Source of the DNA: Octopus vulgaris
Lineage: Eukaryota
Direction of reading: 5' to 3'
Assembly (NCBI GenBank): GCA_951406725.2
Contig: OX597815.1
Coordinates: 202,492,001-202,556,000 of the forward strand
Length of the DNA: 64,000 nucleotides
Part shown: positions 55,420-64,000 of the stretch, piece after piece
Layout: the number at the start of each line of letters is the position of its first letter
How positions within the stretch are numbered: position 1 is the stretch's first letter
Position numbers and translations under genes: made by a program
The notes under the pieces: generated by a model
What the model was told of the DNA's origin: nothing
What the model saw: only the letters and a program-made list of their open reading frames with translations
Database searches by the model: none

Positions 55420-55910
55420 CTATCTTCTATCGCTCTATCACGATACCTCTCTCTTTATACTTACTTCTCACTTTATCCCTCAATAGCCAATTTCTACTAT
55501 TTTACTCTATCATTCTATTGTGAACCATCGATATGAAAGTATTCTTCCTGAACATCTAAAATATGGGTAATATTACGTTAACGGGATTTATATTGGATTA
55601 TACTCATGGATTAGCACCTGCACTATAGGAAACTTAAACTGTGAACTTTTATATATTTTTTACTTTATTTCTTTTCTCTAGACCTCTTTATTTATTTCTT
55701 TATTTCTCCAATCCTTTACTCTATCGTTTCTATAATCTATATCTTTTCATTTTCTCACCATCTATTTCCGCTATTGGGATAATCCAAATGTTTTGGGGAT
55801 ATCACAGAAACAGCTGTAAGACTTTAAAAATTGTTTGAGAATTTTTAATAACAATAACATATGTGACTTGAGATGTCTTCCCTTGCTGTTCAACCGTTTT
55901 TAACAAAATT
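55420..55910 (+). mobile_element. Degenerate Penelope-like 3' remnant
   Basis: ggaaacttaaactgtgaac (GNLNCE) and GAAA-cagct-GTA-agac with a decayed CUGAUGA half. Confidence 0.55.
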
Positions 55911-55984
55911 ATACATACATACATATATATATTGGTGTGGGGGCGTGCGGGTGTGTATGCATATATATATATATTCTTTTTTTC

Positions 55985-56387
55985 TTTCTTTTACCTGTTT
56001 CAGTCATTTGACTGCGGCCATGCTGGAGCACCGCCTTTAGTCGAGTAACTCGACCCCGAGACTTATTCTTTTGTAAGCCCAGTACTTATTCTATCGGGCT
56101 CTTTTGCCGAACCGCTAAGTAACGGGGACATAAACGCACCAGCATCGATTGTCAATCAATGCTAGGGGACAAACACAGACACACAAATACACACTCGCAT
56201 ACATATATATATATACATATATACGACGGGCTTCTTTCAGTTTCCGTCTACCAAATCCACTCACAAGGCTTTGGTCGGCCCGAGGCTACAGTAGAAGACA
56301 CTTGCCCAAGGTGCCACGCAGTGGGACTGAACCCGCAACCATATGGTTGGTAGACAAGCTACTTACTACACAGCCACTCCTGCGCCT
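55985..56387 (-). mobile_element. SINE family 2 copy
   Basis: Full head ggcgcaggagtggctgtgt through tail ggcggtgctccagcatggccgcagtcaaatgactgaaac on the - strand. Confidence 0.93.
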
Positions 56388-56965
56388 ATATATATTTTTT
56401 TTGAGAAATACGCTAACTCTATATAATAGAGTATTTTGGGTTATAGAGTTTGTATCTCTAAATTTATCTTCATATTTATTATGGAATTCTCCCTACGATA
56501 AATTAAGTAAACAAATTTTTTGTTAGGTTCCTATTCATATTTATTACGAAATTCTCTTTCTGATAAACAATAAATATAGAACATTATTAATTACTTTAAA
56601 CAATCTTTTTTGATATCAATAAATTTAAATAAATAGAAGGGTTACCACATATTATTTTTTTACACGTTTTATTACAGTTTCTAGATTAAGTAAGAACCTG
56701 ATACTTAATTATATATATATATATTATTGTTGCATGTTATTATAATAGCGAAAGATTGTCTTAGACATAAACGAATTTGGATTAGTATTATTTGAGATAT
56801 ATAAAAATATATTTCGATAGTCGTAGATTTTACTTAATTACTTTTTCCGTTACAATTTTGTTGATATTAATTGTAATTGAAAGGCTAATACTCACACTCA
56901 TTTCAATTAATGTTTCTACAATCCAGCCGTACTTTCATATGGTATTTCGTCTAACTTTAAACCAT

Positions 56966-57041
56966 TGGCTCTGATGAAACTTATATAAGGAAATTGAATT
57001 GTTTATCGAAAAATGTATATAAGTCGAAACAAATTGTTAGC
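56966..57041 (+). ncRNA. Candidate type-I hammerhead ribozyme with long stem II
   Basis: gct-CTGATGA-a-acttatata-[28 nt]-tatataagt-c-GAAA-caaatt-GTT-agc: a perfect 9-bp stem II, near-palindromic stem III and stem I gct/agc. Confidence 0.65.
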
Positions 57042-57369
57042 ATTTTCGGTTTTTTATAATTGTTTATGTTATCTTATATTCTATTCTATTCATAGTATAT
57101 TATGTTATATTATAATATAAATAAACTATTGAATTGTTAATTGTATCTCTCTAATTTATTGTTTGTAATTTGAATCATACCCATATTTATGTGGTATTCA
57201 ACTGAGACACCAATGAACTAGATGTTTTACATACCCTTTTAAAGGAATTACTTTCCTTAGTTTGTTAACTTATATACATATATATATGTGTGTGTACTTA
57301 CTTAGAAATGGATGCATCGCATTCAATTAAATATTAAAGAATAAATATGATATATATATAGATGCATAC

Positions 57370-58145
57370 ATGCATATATGGGTATAAGACGTCACCAACG
57401 GCGCAAATAACATGAAATACGTAAACAACGAGAAAAAAGTGTAAAACAGGACAAGAAGTCACACAGAAACGACACTTCATCCGTTGCTGGCTGTCTATCT
57501 ACTCCTCATTTCGAGCATTCAATGACAATGTGACTCTTCAAAGACAGTTGTTACCATATATTCAAAAATATAATTTAGGATTTAAGGAGAGCCAAATTTG
57601 GAGACAAAAACAGGACAGTGGAGACATACTGATTCTCTACTCTATACTCGTTACCTCCTCAATCCTTCTCTAATTCCCTTTCTCTCCCCATCCCTCCTTC
57701 ACCGTTTTCTATCTCTATCTGTCTTTCTCTTCCCCTTTCTCATTTTCTCTCTCTCTCTGTTTCTCGTTACTCACACGTAACCATCGTCCATTTTTCTTTT
57801 CCTCACGTGACCATCTTTCTTTCAAAGGGACGGACGTATTTTTCTCTCTCAATTCTATCTCCTATTTTCAAAAAAAAAAAATTCTTCCAGCATTCACTCT
57901 TTTCCTCTCGTTCTGGTCTAACGAACCTCCATGTTTATTTTTTTCTTCGGTTTCTTTGTATGTCTCCACTGTCATGTTTTTGTTGCCAAATTTGACAGTC
58001 CAATAAATCCTAAATTTTATTTTACAATTTATAGGAACAACTGTCTTCGAAGACTCATAGTGTCATTGGATGTTCGGAATGAGGAGTATGTAGACAGCCG
58101 ACAACTGATGAAGGGCCTTTCTCCGTGTTTACTTTGTTCTCGTAG
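57370..58145. mobile_element. Inverted pair (~190 bp arms) of a Penelope-like terminal repeat
   Basis: 57440-57630 is a diverged reverse complement of 57958-58145 (gtatgtctccactgtc; aactgtctt.gaaga; atgaggagta..tagacagcc). Contains a decayed HHR-like core. Confidence 0.75.
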
Positions 58146-58498
58146 AAATATGTTACGAAAAGAAAATATAAAATACACGTGGAAATGTAAAGGTAAAATA
58201 TAAAAAATCAAAGAAAATGCATATTGCAAATAGAAAAAGGTTATTTATGATAGGTAACGACAAATATATACATTTAGATTGCTTGAGGTGGTAATACGAG
58301 TCATAAAGATCATTATTATGAGATGCTTGTAAGATGATAATAAAGTAAGAGAACAAAACGAACCAATGGTTTACGCGAAGCTATTCATCGTTAGAACAAC
58401 ACCGGTTAATATTATAAATCATAATGATTATTATTACTATTTGTTTAACTGAAAAGTTTCATTTGCAACGATATATATATATAAATATATATATATAT

Positions 58499-58722
58499 AC
58501 CGGAGTAAACACATAAATGTGAAACAAGGTGGAAAAAAGAGTACTCAAATACCAGTGGTAGGGTAATATGCTTTATTTTAAGCAGCAGAAAATTCAACAA
58601 AATCTGTTACTCTGAGTTTTCGTTGCCGTTCATCAGACAGTTTTTGCAAAAACTGTCTGATGAACGGCAACGAGAAACTCAGAGTAACAGATTTTGTTGA
58701 ATTTTCTGCTGCTTAAAATAAA

Positions 58723-58728
<6 letters not shown>
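58499..58728. mobile_element. Near-perfect palindromic Penelope-like terminal repeat flanked by (TA)n
   Basis: 58566-58728 is a palindrome centred on tttttgcaaaaa with one indel and one substitution between arms. The left extension matches 20085-20155. Confidence 0.88.
58653..58690 (+). ncRNA. Candidate minimal type-I hammerhead ribozyme (mirror copy at 58604-58640 on - strand)
   Basis: ctgt-CTGATGA-acg-GCAA-cga-GAAA-ctcaga-GTA-acag: intact core, stem I ctgt/acag and near-palindromic actc(a)gagt stem III. Predicted cleavage after 58686. Confidence 0.7.
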
Positions 58729-58756
<28 letters not shown>

Positions 58757-59565
58757 TTTTATGGAAGAGACGAATGCAACTGCAAATAGATGTGGTGTAA
58801 TAGTGAAATTGTATGCTGTTTAATAGAATCTATTTAGGGACAGTTTCATGGAGTGGGTGTTAAAGTGTTGGTACGGACAATGACAAGAAATAAAAGAAGC
58901 CTTAGATGACGATGGGAGAATTACTGTTAGCTTGTTATTGTTTAGTGTCGTTAATTTGTGCACCGCTTTACACTAAACCTCTTCTGAAAGCTGAGATTAG
59001 AGTAAACAACATTCACCTTCTAAAATTTTCATCTTCTCTGACAATGATTTATGAAATAAAATTCGTTTTATAGACATCATGCAGCCTCGACTATTCAGTA
59101 TGCTAAAGCACTGCAGTTCTTTATTCAAACCAAGGGTTCCTCTCTTAGCTATCTTAATATTTTTAGACTCACCAACTCAATTATTAAATACAATGCGATA
59201 GAAAATTGTAATAGATATATTTTTTTTCAATTTAAGGAATGATAGTAACGATTAATCTGTTGAATGAAATATTCAAATTGTCCAAAGATACAACCACGAG
59301 AAGGCTTCGACACGATTATACACGAATATGCCTCAGGACGTGTTGAATAAAATAGTGCCTCAAATAAACTGCATTTGTGAATACATCGTTAAATATAAGC
59401 GCAAATATGTAAGGTAAAAATTATTATCAGTATTCAACCTGAGGCATAAATTCAAATGCTGGGTTCTCAGCATTGGAGTCTCAATACTAAGGGAACGCGT
59501 ACAGCTCAGAGCCTCTAGAACAATATATGTATATATACATACATGAATGTACTGATTGATTGATT

Positions 59566-59655
<90 letters not shown>

Positions 59656-59843
59656 CGTAATATGTATATATAAATCTCTATGTATAGACGTGATTGTAAT
59701 GGTGCGTTTGTGTGCGTATTCAAGAAGTAATTTTATGCTTTTTATTCTTTCACTGTTTATGCGCACTAAATCGAGTTGGTGGTTGTATATATATGGAGGA
59801 ATGGAAAGAGGTCTACAAAATAAATACGTTGATCGATGCATTA

Positions 59844-59882
<39 letters not shown>

Positions 59883-59929
59883 AGCACACACATAAGCATA
59901 CATCAGTTCATCCCTTCCCTATCGCCATA

Positions 59930-61168
59930 CGAGGGACGTTCAATAAGTAATGCCTCTGACCCACTTGCATGTGCAATCATCTATATCTCTACGGAGTAAG
60001 TGGCAAATTACAGCTCTGAAGTCATTGTGGTTTCTGATTTACAGGTGTTTGAACCGAGTCAAGTGTGAAATGGAGCCTGTTGAGTGTCGAGCAGTGATCC
60101 GGCTTTTGTATTTGAAAAGACGCACACTACGGGAGACTTTTGATGAAATGAAAGTAACTTATGGTGATGATGCCCCATCATATGACCTTGTAAAACGCTG
60201 GCATCGTGAATTCAAACATGGTCCGAACTCTGTGGAAACTGCTCCCAGATCTGGTCGCCCCTTCTGCCATTGATGAGGCATCTGTACATCAAGTTGAGGC
60301 TGCCATTTTCGAAGATCGACGCATAATTATTCGCCAAATAGCCCATGAGGTCAAGATTAGTATCGGGTCTGTGGAAACTATCATTCATGACCATTTGCAT
60401 ATGCAAAAGGTGTCTGCCAGAGGGATTCCCAGGTTGCTCACGCCTTTCCAGAAGCAGAATTTGGAGATGTGCCAAGAAGATGAGTCAAAATTTTTCAAAA
60501 GACTGATTACACAGGATGAAACCTGGGTCCATCACTATGATCCAGAGACCAAAGCCTAGTCAATGCAGTGGAAGCACCGTGACTCACCCCCTCCAAAGAA
60601 GGCAAGGGTGCAGCCCTCCGCTGGCAAGGTCATACTCACAGTCTTCTGGGACCAGGACGGAGTAGTGATGACAGATTTCCTGGCAAAGGCTACCACAATT
60701 GCAGGAGCCTATTATGCTTTACTTTTGAGGAAATTAAGAGAAGTTATCAAAATCAAGAGGTGGGGCAAGATCAGCAAAGGCATCCTCCTCCTGCAGGACA
60801 ACGCTCCGGTCCACAACTCGCTTGTCGCCAGATCAGAAGCACAGGCGTATGGCTATGAACTCCTCCCTCATCCCCCTACTTTCCTGACCTTGCAGCCTCT
60901 GATTTTCACCTCTTCCCAGTTATGAAGTTGTTTTTGAAAGGAAAGCGTTTCCCAGATGATGCAGCCTTGATTTCTGAAGTCACGTTCAGGTTGGAGGACC
61001 AAGCTGGGGTCTTCTACAAAAACGGTCTCCAGAGCTGCATCAAACAATGGGAGAAATGCGTAACTCTGGGTGGTTCCTATGTAGAAAAACAATAATAACT
61101 GTGCCAAGTTTCGTTGCTCTACTGCTATGGGAAGTGGGTCAGGAGCATTACTTATTGAACGCCCCTCG
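59930..61168 (+). mobile_element. Full-length mariner DNA transposon with TIRs and TA TSD
   Basis: Left end TA-cgagggacgttcaataagtaatgcctctgacccactt and right end aagtgggtcaggagcattacttattgaacgcccctcg-TA; 1239 bp. Confidence 0.97.
60070..61095 (+). pseudogene. Mariner transposase pseudogene
   Basis: MEPVECRAVI.., GIPRLL (WVPHEL-like), ITQDETW, LLQDNAP and HP.YFPDLAASDFHLF. Frameshifts near 60260 and 60878, a stop at 60557-60559 and a short deletion near 60455. Confidence 0.95.
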
Positions 61169-62043
61169 TAGATGGAGCTACCCTTTATTCATGTAGCCAC
61201 ACCACTATATATATACATATAAATAACTGCACATAAATGGCTACATTATCCGTTCGTCTCACGAAGCTTATGTTGTATCATAGTATGTAAAAGATATCTT
61301 ACAACACAAAAAGTTTAAAGAAATTATACTTATGTAGCAGTAAAAGTCTCCATTTGACGTTTACCTTAAGTAAGCAGACAACCTCTTTTGATCAAAAAAT
61401 ATAATGCATTCATGAATCGATTCTTTAGATATATGGATCATACATTCAATTTAGGTGAGTTTTTTTTCTGTCTTACTTTCGTGTCTTATATGTATAGAGA
61501 TACATGTATTAAATATAAAAGAACTGCATATGCACAGACTTACATACACACACATATCTTTAGAAAGACAGAAAGTGAGAGAATGTGAGATACAGAGAGA
61601 GAAAAATTGACGTATATTAAGAACATTTAACATATCAGAAGAATATTTAGTGCATCTAACAACATGCCTGATGTTATTTCTTTAACATTCTAAAGTCAAT
61701 ACTTGTCTGGCTCTATTTTATGTTCCACCCTTCCGGTGTTAATAAAATACGGTGTCACTCATTATATGTTGTCTGTCAACATATAGCCATAGCATGTACA
61801 ATTTCACACATGAGAACATATTACACGGTACGCTGGTATCCGAAAGATATGTCTCGCCAAAGGAGGTTTTGAATGTTAAATTTTTACATTAAGTTTAGTT
61901 TATATCAAAGTGCGTATAATGTAAGAAACTGATTGATGCTGATTTTTCCATTGTTTAATTTACATAGTTTATTTAATATTACATATCTTGAAATGATGAA
62001 ATCCTTGGTGACATGTTTCGAGCGGACTATACCTCTATTACCT

Positions 62044-62276
62044 AAGGCGGCAAACTGGCAGACACGTTAGCGCGCCGGGCGAAATGCTTAGCGGTATTTC
62101 ATCTGTCGTTACGTTCTGAGTTCAAATTCCGCCGAGGTCAACTTTGCCTTTCATCCTTTCGGGGTCGATAAATAAAGTACCAGTTTCGCACTGAGGGCGA
62201 TATAATCGACTCAATCCTTTTGTCTGTCCTTGTTTGTCCCCTCTATGTTTAGCCCCTTCTGGGCAGTAAAGAAATA
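62044..62276 (+). mobile_element. SINE family 1 copy with 16-bp TSD
   Basis: TSD tatacctctattacct at 62028-62043 and 62277-62292. Confidence 0.95.
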
Positions 62277-62927
62277 TATACCTCTATTACCTGCAGTTGA
62301 TAGGGCAAGACTGAATACTGGGTGCCCTGTAAGTCGCTCAGAAAAATAATTTCCCTGAAATGATAAATACATCGTTTTACAGACGAATTTATCCACACCA
62401 TTTAACTCCGTCGGTAAAATCCACTGGTAAGATATACATATACACAAATATGCCGCAAACACACATCAAACGCAGACACAAATAAAGTTTAGGAAATCAA
62501 AGAAGTTAATTTCTTAAACATTAATATGAATCTTAGAGGCAAATTCAAACTCAGCTTTAAACCAAATGAGGACACCTCTTACACTGACGAAGGCTTTAAC
62601 CATCAACCCACAATAATCCAACAATTTGTTGACAGAAATATTTTTTGTGTTTTCAATCTATCCGCTGATTGTGCTATTCCCCCAAAAGGCACCCCATATT
62701 ACAATGCTGTGTGAGAAAAGACCAGTGTTAAAAATAGTCTAAAGAAGCTATAAACTAATTTAAAAACAGTTAGTTTTTAGTGCCTTACACCTATCTGCCA
62801 AAAAGTGCAGGCTTTCTAAATTTCATATTACCCTCCTTTTTCTACTACTGCTTTATTTCGAAGCATAGTATATACTGAGTACTAACACCAGAATGATTAT
62901 TATCGCTATGCCTAAGTGAAATATTAA

Positions 62928-62964
<37 letters not shown>

Positions 62965-62976
62965 GTATATATATAG

Positions 62977-63036
<60 letters not shown>

Positions 63037-63179
63037 GTACATATATATATTGCTTTAACCTCTTCATTCTCTCTCCCTCCCACTCCTCCTCTCTCTTCGC
63101 CGCGTGTCCCCCTCCTCCTTCCTTCTTCTTTACTGCCAGCTTATAAAACAAAATTCCTTTACACGTGGTTCTCACTATT

Positions 63180-63780
63180 GAAAAGACTGCCTCCACGCGC
63201 TGATAATTTACCATTCGTCTTCGCCAGCAAAAAGGCTTTTTCGTTCGTCCCCTTGTGTGGTTGATTTCCTGTATCGTATTCTTTTTATTTTCTCGTTTTG
63301 TAACTAATTGTATTTTTTGTACATGTATTTTTATTTTTGCAGTTTTATTGTTTGTCTATGCCAAAAAAGGCTTTTTCGTTCGTCTTCTTGTGTGTTTGAT
63401 TTCCTGTATCGTATTTCTCTTTTTTATTTTCTCGTTTTGTAATTAATTGTACTTTTTGTACATGTATTTCAATTTTGCAGTCTTATTGTTACGTCTTGTT
63501 TGTGTTCGTACTCATTTTGCCCCGCTGCTTGGAATTTTATTTTAATTCTCTCGCAGGAAGGCCTATTGGATTAGTGTTCTGTCTATGCCTTCGAAACATG
63601 CCTGACTCCACTAGCGACAGCTGATGACGGGGGTTTTGTCCTTGTGTAGCTCGTCCTGTAATTGTTTTTCGTTTTCTTGTTTTTCGTTTTTCGTTTTCTT
63701 GATTTTTGTTTTTTGGTTTTTTCCGTTTCTACGTCTTATTGTGATGTCCTGTACTCACGTATAATTATTTATATATGCAT
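63180..63780 (+). repeat. Probable Penelope-like terminal region with ~133 bp tandem duplication
   Basis: caaaaaggctttttcgttcgtc...gcagt occurs at 63228 and 63362. Also has a gaaggc/gccttc stem before GAAAC and a downstream ctgatga. Confidence 0.55.
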
Positions 63781-63850
63781 GTATATATACATGTAGATGT
63801 AGGTACGTACATATATGTTTGTATGTATGCATATATATTTGTATTTATCA

Positions 63851-63907
<57 letters not shown>

Positions 63908-64000
63908 TATCTGTATGCATCTATGCATGTATCTATGTGTACATATACCTTCATCCATCTACATGTATATATGTATATATACATATATACATACATGTAT

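Overview
This is AT-rich, microsatellite-dense eukaryotic DNA with no recognisable intact host gene. It is most likely intergenic or intronic DNA from an octopod cephalopod, inferred from the SINE and LINE families rather than from a marker gene. The window is a transposon graveyard with these main components: (i) about nine 5'-truncated non-LTR retrotransposon copies with a restriction-like endonuclease (RLE, R4/Dong-like), several stacked head-to-tail in (TAA)n arrays, and one family sitting in (TACA)n; (ii) two tRNA-derived SINE families, some with clear target-site duplications (TSDs); (iii) a CR1/L2-like LINE 3' end that shares a terminal stem-loop with one SINE family; (iv) one full-length but dead mariner and one mariner remnant; (v) very old Gypsy-like remnants; and (vi) many Penelope-like terminal fragments. 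The most notable unannotated signal is a set of minimal type-I hammerhead ribozyme (HHR) motifs, CUGANGA-stem II-GAAA-palindromic stem III-GUH. They belong to several sequence families, and several sit in fold-back inverted repeats flanked by (TA)n. Nearly all ORFs in the supplied track are microsatellite artefacts or transposon fragments. All assignments were made by eye; no database search or folding program was run.
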